In this document: in pieces, positions 48,144 through 57,457 of the stretch
How the letters are laid out: each line of letters opens with the position of its first letter
Numbering within the stretch: the first letter of the stretch is position 1
Source of the DNA: a virus
Length of the DNA stretch: 64,000 bases
IMG/VR virus record: IMGVR_UViG_3300033571_010557
Coordinates: 3,367-67,366 of that record
Direction: 5' to 3' (one strand)
Notes under the pieces: generated by a model
The model's database searches: none
Seen by the model: the letters and a program-made list of their open reading frames with translations, nothing else
What the model was told of the DNA's origin: nothing
Made by a program: the position numbers and the translations under genes

Positions 48144-48907
48144 ATTGCGATCAAGATAGGCTTCTAGCCACCCTAATAGACATTAAGAAGGTAGTCTCGG
48201 AAGCACGAGGACAACATTCGGTCCAGGGTCATCACTGCGAGCTTAGGCAGGCCGTGGATTCCATATACGACAGGGCTGACGCGGTTCTTAAGGACGTATT
48301 CTCCCAGCAGGGAGGGAGTGTATTCCAGAGAATCGAAAATGTGGTAAAGGAAATCAACGACGTATCCCTTAGGAACACTGCCCAGACAGTATTGTCCAAC
48401 GCTGACTTCTTCTACTTCCCTGCCTCAACTCATGTCCACCACGCTTATGTCGGTGGTCTGGCCACCCACACGCTGGAGGTGATGGAGTATGCTTTGAAGT
48501 ACCGGCATCAGTTCCCAGAGGCTAACTTCGACATCATTCTTACGGCAGCTATCTGGCACGACTACGCCAAGATATGGGATTACGAGCTTAGGGTATTTCC
48601 TAATGCCGAACTTCCAAAGAGATACGTCAGGGTAGAGGAAGCAGGCGGATTTAGTAAGGTGTACGTGGCCAATTACAAGTATAAGGACACAATTCATCAC
48701 ATTTCCGGTTCAACCGCTGAGTTCACTGCAGCTGCCATCTCATCCGGAGTACAGAGAGGACTCATCATGGCCGTACAGCACGCCATTCTGGCACATCACG
48801 GTAGAAAGGAATGGGGTACCGTGAAGGATCCCCAAACCCTGGAAGCATGGATACTACACAGCGCTGATTATTCAAGCGCCCATTTCGGACCAAGAAAGAA
48901 CAAATGA
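48140..48907 (+). CDS. HD-domain hydrolase, YhaM/Cbf1-like
   Basis: PAS...HHAY.GGL..HTLEV, WHD.AK, AHHG, EA.ILH.AD. Confidence 0.85.
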   Translation: MNCDQDRLLATLIDIKKVVSEARGQHSVQGHHCELRQAVDSIYDRADAVLKDVFSQQGGSVFQRIENVVKEINDVSLRNTAQTVLSNADFFYFPASTHVHHAYVGGLATHTLEVMEYALKYRHQFPEANFDIILTAAIWHDYAKIWDYELRVFPNAELPKRYVRVEEAGGFSKVYVANYKYKDTIHHISGSTAEFTAAAISSGVQRGLIMAVQHAILAHHGRKEWGTVKDPQTLEAWILHSADYSSAHFGPRKNK

Positions 48908-49052
48908 AACATTACCCCAAGACACCCGAAGAAAACGATTCAAATGCCAGAGTAGGAGCAGTGTTTCTGTTCCTCGGCCTTTTCACCTTCCTCTCTCTGA
49001 AATCCTGCGGGGTTTACGACAAGAAGTATTCAAACCCAATTCAAATATCCAA

Positions 49053-50891
49053 ATGAGCAAAATTATCAGCCTCACTGCCAAGGAAACAAAAGCGATCAGA
49101 GATCTTGCCAAGATGCAGGACCTTACCATCGATGAAATTATCAGACAAGCCATTAGGCATTATCAAAAGACAGTACTCACGATGAGAGAGGGAGGTCCCC
49201 TTGAGATCAGAAGTGTGGGCCAGTGGTCTGGCGATACTACCATGACTCATCCGAGAGAAATTGCTGAGACTACCATCAAAACAGCGTACTCGTACCTTGC
49301 CGACGCACTCTCTTGGACCAGAATATCAGACACTACAACCGGGTTATCTTCATACCAGGAGTCTCTCCGTAACCTTCCTCGTGCCGTCGATGCCGCCGTA
49401 AAGGAACTCAAGGGATCTAAACCCTCATGGGCGAAGGCGTCTGCAGAATTAGAAAAGAAGTTGGAGGAAGCGGGCATCGATCCTTATAAGCATGTAAACG
49501 AGGAAGAAGATGTCCTCCCTAAGAAGAAGGATGTGGAGGAAGAGGAAGACGAGGAGGACGTGGAGAAACGCCTTTGGGAAAACGCCCCAATCTGGTCCAA
49601 GGAGGACGCCAAGGAGGTCATTGAGCAGGTTAAATCCTTAGCCCAGCCAGATCTAATCACCCTTATTCGTGAGGCAATCGTGGAGGCGAAATACGCGGAG
49701 GCAAGCTTTGCCGGTGTTGCCCTCAGGGTTAATCCAAACGACCCAGCGAATGACAAAGTACTTGAGAGGATAGCCAAAGTCCAATCGAAGCTAACCGAGT
49801 GTCTCCGTGTTGCCGATTCGGTGGAACACAACCTAAAGTCTCTTATTGGGGCCATGGTTGATGACCCGGAGTATGCATGGGGATGGCATTGCAATATCGC
49901 GATGTCGGCGTTTGATGCCGGTGCCAGATCGCATGCCGCCTGTAATCGCGGTGCCGCTCTCTTCCTTAAGCTCCTCAGTGACGGGAAGGTAGATACGACC
50001 ACTCACCCGGCCTACAAAGGAATAGAGGAAAAAGAAGACAGCAATGACTCAAACAAGGAGATAGTAAGACTATCAGCCGAAAATGAACGTTTAGTCTCTC
50101 AAGTCATCAGCCTAAGGGAACAACTCCTAGCTAAGGAACCCTTGGCAATGCACGAGGCTTATGAACTCTCCCCCGATCAACCAGAAGAGGTAAAGGCCCC
50201 AGAGCTTGACTTACTCGTGGACCTTCCCCCAGGATTAAAGCATGCCGTCAAGGGCCTCAAGGAGAGGAGATCCCAACAACCTGATCATAAGGTTGAGTGC
50301 TGCGATCATAATTCTCTTAAAGAGTGGGAGAAGTGGGTGGCGGAAACGGCTACTTACCTGGACTGTGGTAATGGTGATATAACATACCCTTTACTTGGTC
50401 TAGTGGGAGAATTGGGCGAACTTGTCAACGCCATTGTGAAATACTATAGGAAGAGCGATCTCATAACACTTAAAGTTAATCAACTTCCAGAGGATCTCCG
50501 AAGAAAGCTAAAAGACGAAAGTTACGACGCCCTGCACTTCCTGGCCTTCCTCCTGCAGGAGCAGGGGATTTCACTGGAGGAAATCATCTCCTACGGACGT
50601 GCAAAGCTCGAAAAGCGTATTGAAGAGGGAACCGTTCACAAGGAAAATCGTACATCCGGTTCTATTGTTGGAAGGGAAGTTACGATTCACTTCGACACTG
50701 GCGCTAGAGAAGTTATACACGGTGCAGTATCTGATGAAAGCTTGAATTTTGTCAAGTTGAGGACATTGATACCACTCCACCCCCTTAACTTGACAAAAAT
50801 CGAGTTGGGGGATCCCATGGAATTGCCCTTGAGTGATATGACCTATACCACAACTATACCGCGAGAGAAGTTCTACTCACTTCTCAAGTAA
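49053..50891 (+). CDS. Multidomain mosaic protein with MazG-like domain near the C-terminus
   Basis: YPLLGLVGELGEL...K..R...DE..D; N-terminal RHH-like segment. Confidence 0.65.
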   Translation: MSKIISLTAKETKAIRDLAKMQDLTIDEIIRQAIRHYQKTVLTMREGGPLEIRSVGQWSGDTTMTHPREIAETTIKTAYSYLADALSWTRISDTTTGLSSYQESLRNLPRAVDAAVKELKGSKPSWAKASAELEKKLEEAGIDPYKHVNEEEDVLPKKKDVEEEEDEEDVEKRLWENAPIWSKEDAKEVIEQVKSLAQPDLITLIREAIVEAKYAEASFAGVALRVNPNDPANDKVLERIAKVQSKLTECLRVADSVEHNLKSLIGAMVDDPEYAWGWHCNIAMSAFDAGARSHAACNRGAALFLKLLSDGKVDTTTHPAYKGIEEKEDSNDSNKEIVRLSAENERLVSQVISLREQLLAKEPLAMHEAYELSPDQPEEVKAPELDLLVDLPPGLKHAVKGLKERRSQQPDHKVECCDHNSLKEWEKWVAETATYLDCGNGDITYPLLGLVGELGELVNAIVKYYRKSDLITLKVNQLPEDLRRKLKDESYDALHFLAFLLQEQGISLEEIISYGRAKLEKRIEEGTVHKENRTSGSIVGREVTIHFDTGAREVIHGAVSDESLNFVKLRTLIPLHPLNLTKIELGDPMELPLSDMTYTTTIPREKFYSLLK

Positions 50892-50940
50892 CCTAACCAA
50901 TGACTCAAGAACAAAAACGAATCAAGCTGGTGGATTGACT

Positions 50941-51459
50941 ATGACATGGAGACAGCTACGCGACCGACTCAACGAGGCCACCGACGCAGTGCTCGATAGA
51001 CCTGCGAATGCATCCTGTGACCCGCTCGACAGGGCACCGGAAGATGGGTTTCGCTACATGGGTGAAATCCACGAACTGAATCCGGTGGGTGATCCGCAAC
51101 GCACGGTCAATCTCGTCGCGTGCTTCGATGGTGACCCGAACGACCAAAGCGCAGGTATGAACAACAGTCTAGTCAATGACGCCATAAGGGCGATTGAAAG
51201 CCTTCGTAGGATTATAGATCACGGGATTCCAAGTCCGTCGCATGATGGTCCATGCGGACCTTGGGCAGCGTGTGACGGTAATTGCGAGTCTGCAGCTTAT
51301 TGTGCTGATGATCTCCATCACGCAAACACAACTCTTGAAAGGTTGAAGAAAGAAGTTAAGAGCGGGTCAGTCAATCGTGTAGTGTTAGCCCGTGAATCAC
51401 TCCATGAAGCAATGTCAAACGCCGGTTTAATATCAAAGAAGAGATTAACCAAACGGTAA
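50941..51459 (+). CDS. Hypothetical protein, probable fusion of two fragments
   Basis: GC-richer 5' half ending PNDQSAG, then a second Met. Confidence 0.55.
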   Translation: MTWRQLRDRLNEATDAVLDRPANASCDPLDRAPEDGFRYMGEIHELNPVGDPQRTVNLVACFDGDPNDQSAGMNNSLVNDAIRAIESLRRIIDHGIPSPSHDGPCGPWAACDGNCESAAYCADDLHHANTTLERLKKEVKSGSVNRVVLARESLHEAMSNAGLISKKRLTKR

Positions 51460-51464
51460 AGTCT

Positions 51465-52181
51465 ATGAAATTTTACATCCACAGACATATAAACAACTCA
51501 ATCAATCGGGAAACTGTAGCCAGAGGTGCTTACCTCCTAGGTCATGAGTTTGCCATTGTTGACTCCCATGATGAAATACCGGAAGAAGACCTTTACACTT
51601 CTGGTTTTTACGGCAGCGTTGGATTCTCCAGAAAAGTGATCGATAAGCTTGGGTACGAGAGGAGATGGTTGGGGCATGTTCCGGAAGAACTTTATAAACT
51701 TGTCGATAGAAAAATAAAAGTTTCCACCTTGTCGGAAGCTATAAAGTCCACGGGGGTATTCATCAAGCCTATTCCGGAAGCTGGTAAAAGTTTCAACGGC
51801 TTCATTTATAAGGTCCAAATGGACTTGATAAAAATCGCGAATGTGTCTTTGGAGGATATGGTAATTACGAGCGACCCAGTCAGTTTTGTTTCCGAATGGA
51901 GATGTTGCGTACTTAATAAGGAGTTTGTCGATATCAGGCCATACTCTGGCAATTTCAGAATTCAACCAGATCATCGAATCATTGATAGAGTTATTGAAGC
52001 TTGGGTAGAATCACCCGTTGCATACTCGTGTGATATTGGAGTTCTAGATAGTGGGGAAACCACTATTGTTGAAATTAATGATGTAATGTCGTTAGGATCA
52101 TATGGGGTTCCTCCAATGATACTGGCAAGCATGATTGAGAAGAGATGGGAGGAAATACACAAGAAAAAGTCAATGAAATGA
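51465..52181 (+). CDS. ATP-grasp protein (DUF4343/R2K-like)
   Basis: FIKP....K.F.G, SEWR, AY..D.G, IVEIND..SLG.YG. Confidence 0.82.
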   Translation: MKFYIHRHINNSINRETVARGAYLLGHEFAIVDSHDEIPEEDLYTSGFYGSVGFSRKVIDKLGYERRWLGHVPEELYKLVDRKIKVSTLSEAIKSTGVFIKPIPEAGKSFNGFIYKVQMDLIKIANVSLEDMVITSDPVSFVSEWRCCVLNKEFVDIRPYSGNFRIQPDHRIIDRVIEAWVESPVAYSCDIGVLDSGETTIVEINDVMSLGSYGVPPMILASMIEKRWEEIHKKKSMK

Positions 52182-52582
52182 ATGCCTCAAAAGCTGTTAT
52201 CTCCCTAAGGACTCAGATCGATAGAATCCTAAACTCTCCCGATGATCGTCAGTCGAAGATTATCGCTCAAAAGCTGGAAGAGATAAGCGAATTCTTGAAG
52301 AAGATCAGGGACAACCCTTCTATTCCCACCGGGAGTATTCTAGGGCTGTTTCTTCATCATGAGCCTGGAGTAAGGACCATGACCAGCGCTGCCATTCTTT
52401 CATACTTGGCAGAGAAGGGACAAGCAACAATCTCTGAGATGGCAGAGAAGTTCAATGTCACCACTTCATCAGTGAACAAGATAGCCAACAAATTAGTACA
52501 GTATGGATATCTGACTAGAGAAGAAGGCGGTAGCAGCGGAATAGGAGGTAAGAACCCTCTGATATATCGGTATAAAACTTGA
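52178..52582 (+). CDS. Winged-HTH DNA-binding protein
   Basis: TISEMAEKFNVTTSSVNKIANKLVQYGYL. Confidence 0.75.
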   Translation: MNASKAVISLRTQIDRILNSPDDRQSKIIAQKLEEISEFLKKIRDNPSIPTGSILGLFLHHEPGVRTMTSAAILSYLAEKGQATISEMAEKFNVTTSSVNKIANKLVQYGYLTREEGGSSGIGGKNPLIYRYKT

Positions 52583-52607
52583 CAAGCTTGGGTCTTTGTG
52601 TTATAAA
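52579..52607 (+). promoter_or_regulatory. Early promoter
   Basis: TTGACA-17-TATAAA with TGTGT. Confidence 0.7.
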
Positions 52608-52612
52608 TGGTT

Positions 52613-53110
52613 ATGCAACCAGAACCAGGACAAAGGATTGAATTTGATGAATGGCCGGGTGATTTTTATTCATACGGAGAGGTATCCGGTATTTCAGGCA
52701 CAGAATCAGCCAAGAGACTGGAGGTAAGAGTGGACACCATGGAAATGGAGTCTCATATCAAGACAGTGTATTTCCAAGAGTGCGAAGTATGGAGCGAGTG
52801 CGGCTTCTTCAAGCTCGAAAGGGCATGGTCACCTTCTCCGCCCCCTACAACCAGCCCTGTGGCATGGGGGCAAATGCTTCGATATAAAACGGATGATCGA
52901 GATATTTCCAATTCTGAACTTTGCATCATGCAGGGTGGTAATGGGGACTGGTATGTGTCCGTCGCCAATGGACCTGATCACTACCCAACTAATGGAGTGA
53001 GAATCTGTACTAGTGGAGGAGCAGCGGTGGCCTGTCCGGGACTAGGTCTGGCAATATCGAAAGCTTACAACGCAATGTATGATGCGCAACTCATGAAAAA
53101 TCTATCATGA
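52613..53110 (+). CDS. Hypothetical protein
   Basis: ORF behind the promoter. Confidence 0.6.
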   Translation: MQPEPGQRIEFDEWPGDFYSYGEVSGISGTESAKRLEVRVDTMEMESHIKTVYFQECEVWSECGFFKLERAWSPSPPPTTSPVAWGQMLRYKTDDRDISNSELCIMQGGNGDWYVSVANGPDHYPTNGVRICTSGGAAVACPGLGLAISKAYNAMYDAQLMKNLS

Positions 53111-53448
53111 CACAGGAGCAAAAACGAATTAAGCTGGCGGAGGCTGCGGGGTGGAAACGCAAAGGGAAGAATAAAATCTGGATCAACCCAGGCGGTGGTT
53201 TTGATTGTTTAAGCGACCTTCCAGACTACTTCAACGATCTAAACGCGGTGCATAAATTGGAGGGATTGCTTCTCGATTCCAAGCCAGTTGATGTTCGTTC
53301 CCTTTGGATGGATTATCTGGCCATAGTCCCCACTTGGCCGAAGTGCAAGAATGCCAAAGACCTGCAGTTTGAGATTAGTTACTTATCTATCCGTTTAACA
53401 GCTGCCCATCGCTGCGAGGCTCTGGGTAAAGCCCTCAACCTTTGGTAA
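53107..53448 (+). CDS. Hypothetical phage protein (ABA-sandwich-like)
   Basis: LAE..GW...PDY.NDLNA.H..E. Confidence 0.6.
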   Translation: MTQEQKRIKLAEAAGWKRKGKNKIWINPGGGFDCLSDLPDYFNDLNAVHKLEGLLLDSKPVDVRSLWMDYLAIVPTWPKCKNAKDLQFEISYLSIRLTAAHRCEALGKALNLW

Positions 53449-53729
53449 CCTATGAAAGATACCGACGTACACCTTTTAAGAGAAGACGGATGGAGCCTGG
53501 AAGTACTAAATACCCTATGTTCACTAGGGTATGACTTGGTTGAATACGATAGCTCATCCTGTGTGGCCCACTTCTCCTGCGAAGGTTCCGACCCACACGG
53601 TTTTGAGCTTCACCGACAAGATCATGTTTCAAAGATTCGTTCTATGATCTACGAGGCCGGACGTTTCTCTCATGAGAAAGAAGTCGGTGACGCTATCAGA
53701 ACGATTTCCCGTCTCGGAGGAATTATAAA

Positions 53730-54104
53730 GTGATTTCCAATTTTGAAGACATCACCGAAGACCTCACCAAGGATGAGTTGAAGTTGATTGACCCACTGAT
53801 CAGCGGATTGGAATCAAGAACCTCAAAGAACCCAGTAAAGGCCCCAACGATAGTAAGGGGTATGAACTCCTATGCTAAGGAACACGGTCTTACCAAGATC
53901 TCGGAAGTTAGGCTTCGGAAGTTAGTAAACCACATAAGGTCCAACAGTATAGCCCCAATAATTGCAACCTCGAAGGGTTATTTTCTACCAACCGATAGAG
54001 AGGAGATAAGGTCGCAGATTGAAAGTCTAGAGCAACGCGCTAGAAGCATACTTTCTTGTGCTAGTGGGTTAGAGAGGTTTTTGAGAGAGAAAATTGATTT
54101 CTAG
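53730..54104 (+). CDS. HTH-type phage protein
   Basis: RLRKLVNHIR....PI.ATSKGYF. Confidence 0.65.
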   Translation: MISNFEDITEDLTKDELKLIDPLISGLESRTSKNPVKAPTIVRGMNSYAKEHGLTKISEVRLRKLVNHIRSNSIAPIIATSKGYFLPTDREEIRSQIESLEQRARSILSCASGLERFLREKIDF

Positions 54105-54109
54105 AGCGT

Positions 54110-54571
54110 ATGAATTACAAGGCTTCAGCGAATCGTATCAGTGAATCAGTGAAAAAAGAAATGAACCAGTTTATTGGAAGGAAGATAGACCAATCTAGCA
54201 TCGATAGTGTCAGAACGGCCTTCATGAATTGGAGTTCGCAAGTTCGAGTTAGTTCGCAAGTTCGAGTTAATGAGTCTAGCATCACAGACGCTTGGAGCGT
54301 AATGACCATTGTTGACAAAATCAAGTGGTGGATAGTCAATGGTTTGTTCCCATCTATAGGTAAGGAAATTCGGCGTCAGTATCACACAGCCTCCATCCTT
54401 CGCCATCGCTTGGAAGAATTTCCTGAGGAATGCAAATGCCCTCTTCCAAACTGGGCCGAGCGGGAACCGAAGGCAGTTTTATTAATTGAGTCAACTATTG
54501 AAGTTCCACAGCCTTTAGAGTATATTAGCGTCAACATGGTGATCAACATGGACGGAGTAAACCCAAACTAG
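54110..54571 (+). CDS. Hypothetical protein with 18-bp tandem duplication (54233-54268)
   Basis: SSQVRV x2. Confidence 0.6.
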   Translation: MNYKASANRISESVKKEMNQFIGRKIDQSSIDSVRTAFMNWSSQVRVSSQVRVNESSITDAWSVMTIVDKIKWWIVNGLFPSIGKEIRRQYHTASILRHRLEEFPEECKCPLPNWAEREPKAVLLIESTIEVPQPLEYISVNMVINMDGVNPN

Positions 54572-54576
54572 TGACG

Positions 54577-54789
54577 ATGAAACGCAGGGATCTTTTTCGT
54601 ATCATATCTGGAACTATTGCCGGGGCTATCGTGCCTATAAAGTCCAGAATTGATAAACCAGATTGGACGAACATCAGGATTTATCCATCAATCCTGGCCA
54701 GAGATTTGATAGGTGTTCAGCCACTGGACTTCCCTACTGGAAGCGTATTTTATACTAAACTTATATATGACGAAGACTCCATTAAGTGA
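54577..54789 (+). CDS. Small protein carrying a gp23 capsid-like motif
   Basis: ARDLIGVQPLDFPTGSVFY versus capsid AQDLVSVQPIEGPSGHIFF. Confidence 0.65.
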   Translation: MKRRDLFRIISGTIAGAIVPIKSRIDKPDWTNIRIYPSILARDLIGVQPLDFPTGSVFYTKLIYDEDSIK

Positions 54790-55179
54790 TGCGGCCAGGA
54801 TTCACAATGCCGATCTTTACGAGGGAATCATCGGATTGAGCAACTTCGTGCCGTATGAATTCGCTTGTGAACTAGAGCTTAGGCTACAAGCCTTGGAGGA
54901 GTGGAAGAAAGAACAGATCGAGGTTGAGTCAACTTGGGATGAACAAGCTATTGGCAGATTGCTAGATATACCGTTGGGGCATCCGATCCGTTCTCGAATC
55001 CAGGAATCCATCGAACTTCTCAAACAGGAACTAAGTCAGGTGTTCGGTCTGCCTCACCCAGCGAAATCCGTCATGTATGCACGCCGATGAATGGTGATGG
55101 TTCCATGTCGGGACGCGAGATGAGGCTCTACCGCGAGAAGTTCCTCAGTAATATGGAGGACGAGGCTTAGCTCACAGAC

Positions 55180-55208
55180 TTGACAAAACTCAATGAGTGT
55201 GTTAAAAT
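55180..55208 (+). promoter_or_regulatory. Early promoter
   Basis: TTGACA-17-TAAAAT, ATG at 55215. Confidence 0.8.
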
Positions 55209-55759
55209 CGGATCATGACAATCGAATCAATCATTTCCCAAGCCAACTCAAGCCATGAAGAACTGAAAGAGCACCTCAAGGAAAGCCTTGCTCTATCTGT
55301 CTCACTTCTCGAAGCAGCACTCTCCCACGGAGCGACAGTGGAATTTTTCACGTACGATAGGGCGAGTGTCACCCTCGGCAAGGGTGATGACGCGGTATCC
55401 TTCTGCGTGTCGAATCAAGGTAATTTTTGGGAACTTGGATGGATTTAATCCTCATAAACACCTTCATGAAAGTCATCACCTCCCTTTCCACGCACAACGT
55501 CAAGCTTTCCCGCTCATCACGTTTCTGTTCGTTTCTTGTGTCTGCACAGTTTCCCACGGCTAACGGTGGTATTACTGCTCAGCAGTCACGCAGTTTTAAG
55601 CTTCCTTGCTACAAGACTTCACATAAGCGCCACCCTCTTTACCAGACGTTCCTGAACGGTGCGATTAGCACGCTGGCGCAAGAAGCAGGATTGCCAAGTT
55701 ATGCGCTCCCCGTTGTAATGAGCGTTCAATAACAACCCATTTGACGCTAACCCGTCGAT

Positions 55760-55794
55760 AACCAAACCAAACCAAACCAAACCAAACCAAACCA
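55760..55794 (+). repeat. (AACCA)x7 microsatellite in a 5' leader
   Basis: Read directly. Confidence 0.95.
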
Positions 55795-55807
55795 CACGTA
55801 TAGAAAT

Positions 55808-56173
55808 ATGCAGACCCAGACCCACGCTAAAAATCGTTTCCTTCGTCGAATCCAGAATCGTCGCCTCGGCAAGGGCAATCCGGACTTCGGAAAGCCTATT
55901 ACCGGTGTCATGACCGAAGCTGAGATTGCCCGCAAGCAACGCCGGAAGGCCGCTCGCCACTTCAACCTTCAACGCCGAATCAAGGACACCGAGTACTCGA
56001 TTCAGAAGCTGACTGAGGAGCACAATCTGCTCGCAGGGGCCAGCGGCAATGACAAGCGCGAGAAGGATGAGATTCAGAAGATCAAGTCCAAGATGCGGGA
56101 ACTCTCGTACAGCATCGACAAACGCAATGAAGAGCTTTCTCGCCTGAAAAAGTCCTTCTCCGTTATCCACTAA
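55808..56173 (+). CDS. Basic coiled-coil protein
   Basis: ORF with optimised codons, followed by a hairpin. Confidence 0.75.
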   Translation: MQTQTHAKNRFLRRIQNRRLGKGNPDFGKPITGVMTEAEIARKQRRKAARHFNLQRRIKDTEYSIQKLTEEHNLLAGASGNDKREKDEIQKIKSKMRELSYSIDKRNEELSRLKKSFSVIH

Positions 56174-56198
56174 CACCCGGTTTGTGTGTGACATGACA

Positions 56199-56228
56199 CC
56201 CCCGGCCACCCTAAAGGTGGCCGGGGGT
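56199..56228 (+). terminator. GC-rich hairpin
   Basis: CCCCGGCCACC-CTAAA-GGTGGCCGGGG. Confidence 0.7.
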
Positions 56229-56534
56229 TAATACAGTCAACGAAGTATGAGACAAGAATTATTATGGATGCCAAGAGGGGTACACGCAGGTACTTATGCT
56301 CTCAAATGCTCCGTGGCATACAATGGACCTGAGCCTGACAGGATTTGGACTCTCTACCTGCACACCGATCAGAACTCTCCGCCGTCATTACCGTTTAGAG
56401 CGTACCATCATCAAAACGCCTTCCTTGAGGATAAGGCCCACGATTGGAATATCAGGGATAGGGTTTTGAATTACTTCTCCAGAGCTAGTGAGGGTGGAAA
56501 TTGGCTCTTACTCGAATTTAAGCCTAAATAAATC

Positions 56535-56684
56535 ATGACTGATTCATCACCATACAGACAAGGCGTAGCCGCTCACCGTGCGGGATTTTGGTTTGACGCA
56601 AATCCTTTTCCAGCTACTTCCGCAGAGTTTCGGGAGTGGGAAAGGGGAATGAGCGCGGCTTGCGCAGATTTTTGGCTGGATTAA
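56535..56684 (+). CDS. Rmf/CrpP-like small protein (49 aa, not in the ORF track)
   Basis: YRQGVAAHRAG....ANPF......REWERG pattern. Confidence 0.55.
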   Translation: MTDSSPYRQGVAAHRAGFWFDANPFPATSAEFREWERGMSAACADFWLD

Positions 56685-56710
56685 CCCTTGACTTTTCTTT
56701 CTCGCCATCG

Positions 56711-57116
56711 GGGGAACTATAAAGCGCACACACAGAAGGGGCGGGAGCGCGGCCCCGATAACACCCAAGACTAAAAATATGGAAACACCTATCGAAAACA
56801 ATGCGGCCCCTTCTGTTGATGTGCCGCGCCTTGTTCGTCCGAGTTGGGTGGACACTTGCACGTGCATCCGTGTGGCCGTGGAAGTCTCTCCATGCCGCCA
56901 AAACGAATCGCCTGACAGCTATCGGAACCGATGGAAGCAGACCGTGCAATCCGCCTACGAGCGTGGCGCGGACTGGAACTATGATGCCGACTGCCCGCTC
57001 TGCTACTGCGGCGACATCTCTGGGACGAACGACCCACATCAGGCGACGGCGAGCGATGGACGCCCGCAGACATGACAGATGAGCTACGAGCCGTTGCCTG
57101 CATGTGATGGTTCTCT
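56711..57116 (-). mobile_element. Two attC-like sites (56711-56839, 57024-57116) flanking one 313-bp cassette
   Basis: AAC...GTT imperfect hairpins with bulged bases; cassette ends GTTCGTCC/GGACGAAC are complementary. Confidence 0.8.
56779..57075 (+). CDS. Cassette-borne Cys-rich hypothetical protein
   Basis: Starts in the loop of one site and stops in the loop of the next. Confidence 0.65.
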   Translation: METPIENNAAPSVDVPRLVRPSWVDTCTCIRVAVEVSPCRQNESPDSYRNRWKQTVQSAYERGADWNYDADCPLCYCGDISGTNDPHQATASDGRPQT

Positions 57117-57387
57117 GACGTTGGTCTAAAGCCCCCGAAAATAAAGTTACGAAAAGTTACATTTAGCGTTTGACTCTCTGTAACCTTGGGTTACTATCTC
57201 TCACCATGAGCAAAACATCAATCGCCCCCCACATCGCAATCGAAAAGATCAAAATCAACGGTCTTACATTTAATGTCATGCAATCCTTCACTCCAGAGCA
57301 AGTCGCCGCTCGCGGTCGTGAAAACACCCCTCTTTTTAGCGAATAATCCTCCTAGGTAATTATCCCCATATAATCATTACGGGATAC

Positions 57388-57416
57388 TTGACAAATTCGC
57401 TTTCTTGTGTTAAAAT
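57388..57416 (+). promoter_or_regulatory. Early promoter
   Basis: TTGACA-17-TAAAAT. Confidence 0.8.
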
Positions 57417-57457
57417 GCTGGGTGGTCATTCGACCCTCCTCATTAACCAACACCGCC

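Noticed and set aside
55055-55110. Possible attC remnant (GATGGTTCC)
   Set aside because: No complementary left arm or AAC core found
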